A stretch of DNA of 64,000 nt from an uncultured Pirellulales bacterium (lineage in GTDB: Bacteria > Planctomycetota > Phycisphaerae > Sedimentisphaerales > Anaerobacaceae). The position numbers and the translations under genes were made by a program. The notes beneath the pieces are model-generated. The model was not told where the DNA came from. It searched no databases and saw only the letters and a list, made by a program, of their open reading frames with translations. This document shows, in pieces, positions 28,600 to 37,295 of the stretch (the stretch's first letter is position 1; every line of letters begins with the position of its first letter). The stretch covers positions 5,067 through 69,066 of the forward strand of contig CAYHAJ010000294.1 in NCBI GenBank assembly GCA_964354535.1. The letters run 5' to 3'.

Positions 28600-28628
28600 T
28601 TGACGTTTAACGTTAAATGTGCTAATCT
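28600..28628 (+). promoter_or_regulatory. higBA promoter with a perfect 12-bp palindromic operator
   Basis: TTGACG (28600-28605), a 17-nt spacer, then TAATCT (28623-28628). The spacer starts with the perfect palindrome TTTAACGTTAAA (28606-28617). It lies 12 nt upstream of ATG 28640. Confidence 0.5.
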
Positions 28629-28639
28629 AATCTCATCTC

Positions 28640-28936
28640 ATGATTCGAGCTTTCAGAGACAAAGAGGCAGAGCGGATCTTCCGGAGAGAGCGGTCTCGCA
28701 AGCTGCCGGCGGATCTTCTGCGACCGGCGCTGCGCAAGCTGCGCATGCTGAACCGCGCCGTCAGCCTCAATGATTTGCGTGTACCGTCCGCGAACCGTCT
28801 GGAACGACTCAAAGGAGATCGAACCGGCCACTACTCGATTCGTATCAACGATCGATGGCGGGTCTGCTTTCGGCGGCAGGGAACGGCTGCTTACGATATG
28901 TTGAGATTGTGGATTACCGCAGGGAATAGAACATGA
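28640..28936 (+). CDS. higB: HigB-type (RelE/ParE superfamily) toxin, C-terminus apparently frameshifted
   Basis: MIRAFRDKEAERIFRRERSRKLP...LNRAVSLNDLRVPSANRLERLKGDRTGHYSIRINDRWRVCF is the plasmid-maintenance-killer HigB pattern. The stop overlaps the higA ATG (ATGA). The family-typical end VEIVDY is encoded in another frame from 28900. Confidence 0.8.
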   Translation: MIRAFRDKEAERIFRRERSRKLPADLLRPALRKLRMLNRAVSLNDLRVPSANRLERLKGDRTGHYSIRINDRWRVCFRRQGTAAYDMLRLWITAGNRT

Positions 28937-29238
28937 AGAAGAAAGAATTGGCCCCCGTTCATCCCGGCGAAATCCTGCAGAAGGAATTCCTGGAGCCGAT
29001 GGGCCTCAGCCAGAACAAGCTGGCCATCGCGCTACACGTTCCGACGCGGCGGATCAATGAAATCGTCCTGGCCAAACGAAGCATCACAGCGGACACGGCG
29101 TTGCGCCTTGCCCGCTATTTTCGCACGTCGCCGCAGTTCTGGCTGGGCCTGCAGATGGATTATGAACTCGACCTGGCGGAAGACGCCTTGGACGAGCAGA
29201 TCAAGGAAGAAATCAAACCGATGGCGGCAACCGGATAG
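28933..29238 (+). CDS. higA: HigA-type antitoxin (XRE HTH)
   Basis: VHPGEILQKEFLEPMGLSQNKLAIALHVPTRRINEIVLAKRSITADTALRLARYF..SPQFWLGLQ is the canonical HigA pattern. Confidence 0.9.
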   Translation: MKKKELAPVHPGEILQKEFLEPMGLSQNKLAIALHVPTRRINEIVLAKRSITADTALRLARYFRTSPQFWLGLQMDYELDLAEDALDEQIKEEIKPMAATG

Positions 29239-29247
29239 AGCGCCCCT

Positions 29248-30867
29248 CTACTCGTAGAGAACCGGATTGGTGCGCCAGTCTTTGCCTTGGTCGTGGTGGT
29301 AATCCGTCACGCGGGGGCGACGCTCCCGCAGACGAACGGACTCGAGGCCGAGATAGTAGCCGGTCGAGGCGGCGTTCTTGCCGACGCATTCCAGGCGCAA
29401 GGTGTACTTGCCGGGGTCGGGCCAGAAGTCAAGCAGGTGGTGCTCGCGGGTCGAGACTTCCTTGCTGTAAAGGTCCATCGGGCGACCCAGTTTCACGCCG
29501 TTGAGGGACGCCTGGTACCGGCCGTAGTCGTTGGCGTGAGTCAGGGCGAGCAACAGGCGCAGCGGTTCCTTCTTCTGGACTTCGAACGGAATCTCCAGCC
29601 AGGCGTTCTCCTGCTGCTGGGGCTTGTAGAGCAGGTGGCCGTTAGGATAGAGGTCCAGGTTCTGGGCGGTCGCTTCGCCTGGGCCGTGATACTTCTCGGC
29701 GGTGAAGTCGCGGGCCGCAATGGTGAGACGTTCCAGGCTCGGCAGCGTCCGCTCGCGGGCGTGCGGGGCGCGGGCCGTGAAGGTCGGCTCGCCCGTCTGG
29801 TACCAGAATGCCACGCTGGAGTAGTCGTCTTCGCGCTCGTTCCAACTGTGGGATCGGTACTGCGGGTTCTCATCGGGCGACATCCAGCCCCAGTGCTCGA
29901 AGGTCACTTTGATGCCCTTATTGAAGACGAGTGGGTCGTTAATGTGCCAGCGGTAGGCGGAGGTGTGGCCGCCCACGATGCCCCACTGGTCGAAGTACGG
30001 CACGCCGAAATACGGGGTGCTGGTCGTCTTGAGACCCCAGGCAGAGAGGAAGTAGTCCTCTGTGCCCGTGCCCCAGATGGAGGCCTTGTCTTCCCCATCG
30101 ATGTAGATTTTCTCATCGCCTTCGCCAAACCACGAGGGGCTGCGCGTCCGCACACTCAGGACCGTGCCCACGTAGTGACCCTTGCCCTGGGTATCGAGAA
30201 TGACGTAGTCCTTGCCTTTCTCGACCGGGTACTCCTGGCGGTACTGGGCATAGAAGTACGGCGTGTCCGCGCTGAGGGAGTCTTTCTTGATCCAGTCGAT
30301 GTTATAGTAGAGCAGGCTGATCGGCTTTTCGCTCTGGTTGACGATCTCGATCCGGGCGGACTTGCGGAACGGCATGTGCCAGAAGCAGTTGTAGGAGTCG
30401 GCGTCCTCAACGATCACCGGCAGACTGACAACCTCGCTGCGCTTGCCGAAACTGTTGGCGAAGAAATCGCCGATCGGGGCTTCGACGGCGGGCTTCTTCC
30501 GGCCGTCCCAGTACATCCGCAGCAGCATCTCCTGGTGATTGGCCGAGCCGTTCTTGGCCCAGGGGTGCGGCTCGGGACCGAGGAACGTCAGCCAGATGTG
30601 CGTGATGACACCCGGCCCTTGGGCGTCCAGCAAGATCTTCCGCTGGCCCGGGGCGACGTTGCTGTTGTCGCGATTGCTGTTCGGGTCCGGCTGGCCGTTG
30701 GGATCGGGCTTGCCATTGGGCCCGATCTTGGCCGTCGAGGTCGCCCGCATGCTGCGGCCGTCGTGCGGCTTGGCCAGATCCGCCAGAAAGTCCGCGGAGC
30801 AGATCACGCTGGACAGAAGACAAATGATCGAACCGACCAGAAGTTCCGAACCGTTCCCACGACTCAT
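29248..30867 (-). CDS. Glycoside hydrolase family 172 / DUF2961 protein, secreted
   Basis: After a signal peptide, the DUF2961 blocks are GPGVITHIWLTF, LRMYWDG, PIGDFF, YNCFWHMPF, YYNIDW, GEGDEKIYIDGE, GTGTEDYF and AYRWHI.DP..F. Confidence 0.85.
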   Translation of the reverse strand: MSRGNGSELLVGSIICLLSSVICSADFLADLAKPHDGRSMRATSTAKIGPNGKPDPNGQPDPNSNRDNSNVAPGQRKILLDAQGPGVITHIWLTFLGPEPHPWAKNGSANHQEMLLRMYWDGRKKPAVEAPIGDFFANSFGKRSEVVSLPVIVEDADSYNCFWHMPFRKSARIEIVNQSEKPISLLYYNIDWIKKDSLSADTPYFYAQYRQEYPVEKGKDYVILDTQGKGHYVGTVLSVRTRSPSWFGEGDEKIYIDGEDKASIWGTGTEDYFLSAWGLKTTSTPYFGVPYFDQWGIVGGHTSAYRWHINDPLVFNKGIKVTFEHWGWMSPDENPQYRSHSWNEREDDYSSVAFWYQTGEPTFTARAPHARERTLPSLERLTIAARDFTAEKYHGPGEATAQNLDLYPNGHLLYKPQQQENAWLEIPFEVQKKEPLRLLLALTHANDYGRYQASLNGVKLGRPMDLYSKEVSTREHHLLDFWPDPGKYTLRLECVGKNAASTGYYLGLESVRLRERRPRVTDYHHDQGKDWRTNPVLYE

Positions 30868-30953
30868 GACTCACCTCCAAAGACTTGTCCCATCCGTTAG
30901 AACATGCCTACGCAAGCATGGGCAGGGCACCCTACTCTTAAGGGGTAAGCCTA

Positions 30954-33239
30954 TCACCTTTGGGGCGACTTGAACAGCGTGTACAGCTCCATCTCCTTCT
31001 TCGCCTCCTCTTTCCGGGCGGCTCGATCATGGAGCCCGGCCAGAAGCAGGTGCGCCTCCAGGAAATCGGGTTGGAGCACCATCGCTTGCGTCCCATGCTC
31101 CAGGGCCTTGTCCATCTGGCCCAGCCGGACCGACTGGAGCGCCAGCCCGATGTGGGCGAAGGGGCTCTGCGGATCGAGTTGGACCGCCTTGGCAAACCAT
31201 GCCTGTGCTTCGCGCGGCTGGTTCTGTTTGGCGAAGTAGTTGCCCATATTCACCGTGGCCTGCATGGAATTGGGCTTGAGCACCAGGGCTCGGTCCAAGC
31301 AACGTTTCATCGTGACCAGATCACCTCCATGCAAGGCAGCGGCCGCCTGGTTGACCAGGACATCCACGTTCCTGGGATCGATCCGACCGAGTTCCTCATA
31401 GATCGTGGCTGCCTCCGGAATGTTGCCGGTCTGGGCGCAGTGAGCCCCTAACAGCAGCAAGGCCTCTTTGCGACTGTACCGACCCGGCGCGTCCTTCGAG
31501 GTGAGAATCTTGATCGCCTCATCCTTCATCGTGCTTTGGGCCAGCAGTTGCGCCAGGGCCACGCGAATCCGCAGGTCGAACGGCCGCGTGTCGAGCGCCC
31601 GGCGATAGGTCTCGATGGCCTCCCGGGGCCGGCCCGCGTCCGCGAGGGACTGGCCCTGGCGAAGGACCAGGTACGTGTCGCGCGACCGTCGTTGGATCGC
31701 CTCCTGCCAAGCCGCGAGATCCGGGGCTTGCACGGCCCGGCGCAACCGGATCAACTCCTCCCGCAGATTCGCCAACTCCGTGTCATGATCGATCTGCCCG
31801 GCGAACGGAGCGAGCGTCTTGCGGCGATACATCACCATCGCCAACCGGTACTGTTCCTGGTCATCGTACAGTAGTTGCCGACGGCTCAGGTCGAGGAGTT
31901 CCTCCTCGGACCCTTTCGGTTCCGCCAAGCCCGCTTGGGGTAGCATCTGTCGGATCATTCCGAAAGCCGCATAGGCCGCCAGAAAGTTGCCGCGAAAATC
32001 CAGATGGACATGATCGACAAAGAGGTCCGGGGAATCCAGAGACACCTCCAGATCGAGCAGTCGGACGCCCTGCGCGGCGTGCGCTTGCGCCGCGTCCCGT
32101 ACGGCACGCTGGATCGAGCTGTCGGCCCGGAACCGCAGAGCATCCTGATCTCTGGCCTCGATGAACCTGCGCTGAGCCTCATCAGTTCTTCCCAGGGCAT
32201 GCAGGCATCGGCCCAGGCAGAACGCCAAATCGGCATAGGAATCGTCGATCTGCCGGGCCTTTTCATACGCTGCCAAGGCACCGGCGAAATCCTTCGCTCG
32301 CTCCAGGTCCCTCCCCTGCTGAAATGCTTGATCCCACTGTACCCTCTGTTCAGCAGTCAAAGCCGGCTTGTGTTCGGAGCCGAAGGGAGCACAGGATCGG
32401 AGGTTGGTCGGGACCGTGCAAAGGATCACGCCCGCACCACTCCGGCGGGCCGTTTGGAGAATGTCATCGAGGTTCGCGCCGAAGTGACGATAACAGTCTT
32501 GCAGCTTCGGATCATCGGCCGTGATGCGGCTCGCCAGGAAGCTCTCCATGCCCTGCCACTTCTTTTCGGGCTCGCCTCCGGCCCGCAGGCTCGCGCTGAG
32601 ATTCTTGAGGAGTTGGCCCGTGCGGGTTTCCTTCTTGGCCGTAATGCAGGCGTTGATGAAGCGGCGGCTGGAGTAGAGCGTGCCGGGCAGCGTGGGCGGC
32701 CCATAGGGTCCCACCACCTCGTTGTTGCCCATCCACACGAGGAACAGGTCGGGCTGGTGCCTGGCACAATCCTGGGCGATCCGCCGGACCACGTGGGAGT
32801 TCATGGCGGTGACCGCCGCATTGATGACCTCGAAGGACTTGCCGCCGGCATGCTCGTTGAGCAGCAACTCCAACTGCCGGCAGAATCCGTAGGCCGGCTC
32901 CGGATCGCCATAGGCGGCGGAACTACCCAGAACAAAGATGCGGATAGTCGAATCGCCTTTGGGACCCAGCACGCACGGCTCCGGCGTTCGCGAAAGCTCC
33001 TGGGGAACGAAGTGCTCGCCGTAATGCGAGTTCGCCAGATAGAACGTCTGACCGGATGCCTTCCAGCGGATGAAGAAGCTCTTGGGATACCCATAGCCGA
33101 CCAGCGACAGGACAAGCTCTGCGAGCCCCAGGAATAAGACGGGGCTGAGAATCGCGGCCAGCAGACGCAGCCACCATACGTACTTGGCCGGTGGCTTTCG
33201 CCGCCCCCTGGCACCCTGTGACTTCGATTCTGTCCTCAT
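30954..33239 (-). CDS. Membrane-anchored SGNH/GDSL-like domain + TPR-repeat protein
   Basis: ATG 33239 (MRTESKS) is followed by a basic stretch and one TM helix. An IRIFVLGSSAAYG...LVWMGNNEV SGNH-like region comes next. At least 8 TPR-like repeats fill the C-terminal half. Confidence 0.8.
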   Translation of the reverse strand: MRTESKSQGARGRRKPPAKYVWWLRLLAAILSPVLFLGLAELVLSLVGYGYPKSFFIRWKASGQTFYLANSHYGEHFVPQELSRTPEPCVLGPKGDSTIRIFVLGSSAAYGDPEPAYGFCRQLELLLNEHAGGKSFEVINAAVTAMNSHVVRRIAQDCARHQPDLFLVWMGNNEVVGPYGPPTLPGTLYSSRRFINACITAKKETRTGQLLKNLSASLRAGGEPEKKWQGMESFLASRITADDPKLQDCYRHFGANLDDILQTARRSGAGVILCTVPTNLRSCAPFGSEHKPALTAEQRVQWDQAFQQGRDLERAKDFAGALAAYEKARQIDDSYADLAFCLGRCLHALGRTDEAQRRFIEARDQDALRFRADSSIQRAVRDAAQAHAAQGVRLLDLEVSLDSPDLFVDHVHLDFRGNFLAAYAAFGMIRQMLPQAGLAEPKGSEEELLDLSRRQLLYDDQEQYRLAMVMYRRKTLAPFAGQIDHDTELANLREELIRLRRAVQAPDLAAWQEAIQRRSRDTYLVLRQGQSLADAGRPREAIETYRRALDTRPFDLRIRVALAQLLAQSTMKDEAIKILTSKDAPGRYSRKEALLLLGAHCAQTGNIPEAATIYEELGRIDPRNVDVLVNQAAAALHGGDLVTMKRCLDRALVLKPNSMQATVNMGNYFAKQNQPREAQAWFAKAVQLDPQSPFAHIGLALQSVRLGQMDKALEHGTQAMVLQPDFLEAHLLLAGLHDRAARKEEAKKEMELYTLFKSPQR

Positions 33240-33377
33240 AGTGCAGGCCACAGGCTTTGGGTGCCACGCCCAAACTTGTTTGAGGGTGTCTTCAACAGGG
33301 GCACGTCCAGGCAAACACGCTCAAGCTGCGCCTGGGCGTGGCACCCATCCCATACACCTGGCGGCACAAGACGCGCG

Positions 33378-34877
33378 TTAGGCATCCATCCCCTCGCCGT
33401 CGGGCAGGGCCTGGCCGTCAAGCGAGTCACCGGCCCCGAGGGCGTCGAGGCTCATGCCCTTGATCTCGGGCAGCGTGCTGCCGATGATCCCCTGGAGGTC
33501 GCCATAGAGGCCCGAGGTGTTGACGACCACGCGTTCCAGTTGCTTTTCGCGCTTGGCCCAGCAGCGCTGGTACGCGCGCTTCTCGGCTTCGAGATCCTGT
33601 CGCATCATCATGAAGGCCTCGGCAATCCCGGAGACGCGGTTGCAGAACTCCTGGCCGATCAGGTAGTTGTAGACCAGCTCCATTTTGCTGTGCTGGCCCT
33701 CCATGGCCCGCCGGCCCCGGGCGACAGCGATCATGCCCTCGCGCAAAGCCATAGCCACCGGATGTACGCAGCCCCAGTTCACGACCCAGACGCCATCGAC
33801 CTGGCCGAAGTGCCGGATGTGCTCGGGCAACTGCTCGCTGACGAGGACCGACCGCGAAGCCTTGACCCCCCGCAGGTCGTCCCGCAGCTTGGGCAGCCAC
33901 TCCTTGCTCCAATGTCGCGTTCGCTTCGACTCCCACAGGATCAGGCCGCAATCCATCCCGCCTTCGTCATAGACCCGCTGGACCACGTCCCCACCCCGAA
34001 CCCCCTTGGCCACCGGCTCGATCGCATCCGTGGGGAACAGGTTCTTCAGCAATTCCTCCAGGGCGATCTCCAAAACCTCGCCCTGCATCTGCTGGGAGCC
34101 CTGCTCGGCACTGCGTTTCAGGTCCTCGATCTGCCGGCGGAGAGCCTCCACCTGCTGCTCTTTTTCCAGGAGCTTGAGCCGGTGCTGCTCGTCAATCTCC
34201 TTGAGGGTCTGCTCGCGCACCTTCTTCAATTCTTCCTGGGTTCGGCGGGTGACCTCCAGCTCGACGCTCTGAATCTTCTCCTGGAGTTCACGTTTCTCCT
34301 TGAGAAAGGCCAACTCTTTCTGATTCGCTTGCTGAACCTTCACCTGCAACTCGGCCAAGGCGGCCTCACGGTCTTTCAATTCGAGACCCAGCTCTTCCTT
34401 GGCCTTTTCGCGGGCCTGCCGGACCAGTCCCGCGCGTTCCTCCTCCAGCTTCTGGCGCAGATTCTGCTCCAGCTCCAACTTCTCCTGATCGAGTTGCGAT
34501 TTGAGCTGCTCGATCTCGCGCTCCCGCTTGCGGGCCGCCAATTCCTTCTCCTGGGCCGTCTGGAGCTGCTGGCGGAGCTCACCAAGCTGGTCGTCCCGGT
34601 CTTTGATCTCGACGTGCATCTGCTCACGAATCCGGCGTTCCAGGGCCTGCCGCTCCTGGTCCAACTTGGCGCGGACTTGCTCCTCGACGGCCTCCGTCTT
34701 CTTCTGCAACTCCCCCTGCTGACGGACTACGTCGTCCTGCTGCTGCTTGAGGCGCTGTCGGATCGCGTTGAGCTCGGTCTCCAGCTCGCTGCGAATCGTC
34801 GCTCTCAGTTGGCTGGAGATGACCTCGGTGATCTCAATTTGCGCCTGGCAGTTCGGGCAAGTGATGGAGCTGTTCAC
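33378..34877 (-). CDS. DUF2130 protein (zinc-ribbon + long coiled coil + nuclease-fold-like C-terminal domain)
   Basis: GTG 34877 is preceded by GGGAGGG. The product starts with the ITCPNCQAQIE ribbon and continues with about 250 aa of E/K/Q/L-rich coiled coil. The C-terminal domain contains GGDVVQRV...CGLILWESKRT. Confidence 0.85.
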   Translation of the reverse strand: MNSSITCPNCQAQIEITEVISSQLRATIRSELETELNAIRQRLKQQQDDVVRQQGELQKKTEAVEEQVRAKLDQERQALERRIREQMHVEIKDRDDQLGELRQQLQTAQEKELAARKREREIEQLKSQLDQEKLELEQNLRQKLEEERAGLVRQAREKAKEELGLELKDREAALAELQVKVQQANQKELAFLKEKRELQEKIQSVELEVTRRTQEELKKVREQTLKEIDEQHRLKLLEKEQQVEALRRQIEDLKRSAEQGSQQMQGEVLEIALEELLKNLFPTDAIEPVAKGVRGGDVVQRVYDEGGMDCGLILWESKRTRHWSKEWLPKLRDDLRGVKASRSVLVSEQLPEHIRHFGQVDGVWVVNWGCVHPVAMALREGMIAVARGRRAMEGQHSKMELVYNYLIGQEFCNRVSGIAEAFMMMRQDLEAEKRAYQRCWAKREKQLERVVVNTSGLYGDLQGIIGSTLPEIKGMSLDALGAGDSLDGQALPDGEGMDA

Positions 34878-35098
34878 AGGGCCCTCCCGTAAGTCCTCAT
34901 ATTCACGGCCTCGTCGATGGTCACCATGAGGACCTCAAGGTATGGACGCGGACTTTCACTGTCAAGGAAAACCGTGATGGATCATAAAGCGTCCATCCGT
35001 AGCGCGGCTCGTTTCGTCGAACGGCGGCGTCGGTCGGTGCCGTTCCACGCCCAACGCAACCGATACGAGCTTCGCCACCGCAACCGCGGGCCGATCCT

Positions 35099-35746
35099 TC
35101 ATTTCTTCGGCTGAACGACGTACTGATCGATAAAGACCTGGCCTGTGAGAGCATCCGTGAAGGTGGCTTTGACCGTGAGCGGCTGGGCGAGGATCTCGGG
35201 GGTCAGCGGGGGATCGAACGTCAGACGGTAGGCGGTCGAGGCGAGCGTGTTGAACCAGAGCTTGAGAAGCTCTTCCGCCTGGACCTGCCATTGCCCCAGC
35301 AGGACCTGGCCCTCGGCATTGTTGAGGTTCCAAAGCTGGACACTCACGGTGCCGGCCGCCTTGATCGCGTCGCCGACCCGATCGACCGGCTGGACGTAAA
35401 CGACCAGCTTCTCCCGTTTGCCGTCTTCGTTCTTATCGTAGAAACCGGTGAACCGGCCGATCGTCACGGCGCTGAGACGGTAGAACTCCTGCGGCCGACC
35501 CGGCGGCAAAGCGGCAACGGCCCCGGTCTGGTTCTTCCTCTGTTCCAACTCGATTTGGGCCTGTTCGAGCTGTCCGGCCAAGCGTGCCTTTTCCCGCTCG
35601 AGGTCGCGGACTCTCATTTCCAGCGGGCTCATCCGCGCGCTGCCGACGTCGCATCCCGCGAGAAAGACGGCGGCCAGCGCCGCCAGCACGTAGAGCCCGC
35701 CGGACGCACGGGACTCACTCCCTTGATTCCACATCGGCCTCACCAT
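35099..35746 (-). CDS. Putative lipoprotein, last gene of the tig-clpP-clpP cluster
   Basis: ATG 35746 or 35734 lies 8-20 nt after the clpP stop. The product has a lipobox (LAAVFLAGC), a short coiled coil, then a beta-rich domain. No family recognised. Confidence 0.65.
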   Translation of the reverse strand: MVRPMWNQGSESRASGGLYVLAALAAVFLAGCDVGSARMSPLEMRVRDLEREKARLAGQLEQAQIELEQRKNQTGAVAALPPGRPQEFYRLSAVTIGRFTGFYDKNEDGKREKLVVYVQPVDRVGDAIKAAGTVSVQLWNLNNAEGQVLLGQWQVQAEELLKLWFNTLASTAYRLTFDPPLTPEILAQPLTVKATFTDALTGQVFIDQYVVQPKK

Positions 35747-35753
35747 CCACTTG

Positions 35754-36395
35754 TTATTGTCGCGACGGCTCCGGCTCGGCTCGGACGATCTCCGGCGCCT
35801 TCTGCAAAATCTGGTCGGCCAAGCCGTAGGTAACCGCCTCCTCGGCACTGAGCCAGAGATTGCGGTCCGTGTCTTTTTCGATCTTGGCGACGTCCTGGCC
35901 GGTGTGGTGCGCCAGGATGTGGCCGATCCGCTCGCGCAGTCGCAGAATCTCGCGTGCCTCGATGTCCAAGTCGGTGGCCTGGCCTTCGAGGATGCCCATG
36001 ACATGCGGCTGATGGAGCAGGACGCGACCGTTGGTCAAGACGAACCGTTTGTTGGCCGCCCCGCCGGCCAGCAGGACCGCGCCCATGCTGGCCGCTTGGC
36101 CGATGCAATAGGTGGCGACATCACACCGCAGAAACCGCATCGTATCGTAGACCGCCAGGCCGGCCGTGATGACGCCGCCGGGCGAGTTGATGTAAAAGTG
36201 AATGTCGCTCTTGCTGTCCTCGTTGCTCAGAAACAGCATCTGCGCGATGATCAGGTTCGCGACGGAGTCGTTGACCTGACCGCCGAGAAAGATGATCCGG
36301 TCTTTCAGCAGCCGCGAATAAATATCATAGGAACGCTCCCCCCGGCCGGTCTTCTCAATGACGATAGGTACGAGAATCTCTTCCATGCGTGTCAT
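35754..36395 (-). CDS. clpP: ATP-dependent Clp protease proteolytic subunit
   Basis: ATG 36395. The product has [20 protein letters not shown], and the Ser-His-Asp context is intact (GQAASMG, LLHQP, DTDRN). Confidence 0.95.
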   Translation of the reverse strand: MTRMEEILVPIVIEKTGRGERSYDIYSRLLKDRIIFLGGQVNDSVANLIIAQMLFLSNEDSKSDIHFYINSPGGVITAGLAVYDTMRFLRCDVATYCIGQAASMGAVLLAGGAANKRFVLTNGRVLLHQPHVMGILEGQATDLDIEAREILRLRERIGHILAHHTGQDVAKIEKDTDRNLWLSAEEAVTYGLADQILQKAPEIVRAEPEPSRQ

Positions 36396-36434
36396 TACGA
36401 TGTCCCAATCAAGAGAGTTTCGAGTTGGAGGCAC

Positions 36435-36510
36435 GTCACCGCGAGCAGAACGAAGCCATCCCCCATGCGCAGGGTTGAGATTGCCTCGTCGCTGCGCTCC
36501 TCGCCATGAC
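36435..36510. repeat. Two diverged family-1 REP-like copies in inverted orientation between the two clpP genes
   Basis: gtcaccgcgagcagaacgaagccatccccc (+) is followed after 12 nt by gagattgcctcgtcgctgcgctcctcgccatgac, which is the reverse complement of a GTCATGGCGAGG... copy. Confidence 0.6.
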
Positions 36511-36542
36511 ATTCGCTCCACGTCAAACGTCAGACTCCTTAT

Positions 36543-37229
36543 TTATTTCCCCGCTTCCGGGGGCTTCGGCTCGGGCTGGGCCGCGCCTTTCTTGGCTTCG
36601 CCGGGCTTCTGGGCTTCCTCGTGGAGGACTTCGTCGATCAAGCCGTAGGCCTTGGCCTCTTCGGCGGTCATGTACCGATCCCGCTCAGTCTCCGCCATGA
36701 TTCTCTCCAGCGGCTGCCCCGTGTGCTCGGCCAGAATCCGGTTGATCGTCTGCTTGGCCTTGAGGATCTCTTCGGCCTGAATCTTGATGTCGGAGGCCTG
36801 CCCGGTGACACCGCCCCACGGCTGATGCAGCATGATCTTGGCGTGTGGCAGAGCGAAGCGGCTGCCCTTAGCGCCCGCCGCCAAGACGACGGCCCCGCCG
36901 GACTGCGCCCGGCCGATGCAGTACGTGGCCACAGGCGAGCCGACGAAGCGCATCGTATCGTAGATCGCCAGTGTGTCGTCCACCGCCCCGCCCGGCGAGT
37001 TCACGTACAGGCTGATCTCCCGGCCCTTCTTCAAGTTGTCGAGATACAGCATCTTCATGATGACTTCGGTGGCCCGGGCGTAGTTGATCTCGCCGATGAG
37101 GAAGATGATACGGTTTTCGAGAAGCATATCATCCAGACTCATCTGACGATAGCGCTGGTACTGGCCGTACTGGTCATACACGCCGGTGCCCCGGTCGATA
37201 TGTCGTAAGAGCTCGTCTTTCGCAGACAT
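36543..37229 (-). CDS. clpP: ATP-dependent Clp protease proteolytic subunit, second paralog with Lys/Pro-rich tail
   Basis: ATG 37229. The product has LLENRIIFLIGEIN and catalytic contexts GRAQSGG, MLHQP and ETERDR, followed by a C-terminal EAQKPGEAKKGAAQPEPKPPEAGK tail. Confidence 0.9.
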   Translation of the reverse strand: MSAKDELLRHIDRGTGVYDQYGQYQRYRQMSLDDMLLENRIIFLIGEINYARATEVIMKMLYLDNLKKGREISLYVNSPGGAVDDTLAIYDTMRFVGSPVATYCIGRAQSGGAVVLAAGAKGSRFALPHAKIMLHQPWGGVTGQASDIKIQAEEILKAKQTINRILAEHTGQPLERIMAETERDRYMTAEEAKAYGLIDEVLHEEAQKPGEAKKGAAQPEPKPPEAGK

Positions 37230-37248
37230 CAAACGATCCTTATCACTT

Positions 37249-37274
37249 GTAGGGTGGGGCAAGCCCCACCCTAC
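37249..37274. repeat. Perfect 12-bp palindromic hairpin between tig and clpP
   Basis: gtagggtggggc-aa-gccccaccctac lies between the tig stop (37296) and the clpP start (37229). Confidence 0.8.
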
Positions 37275-37295
37275 CACTTCAAACTTCACACTTTC

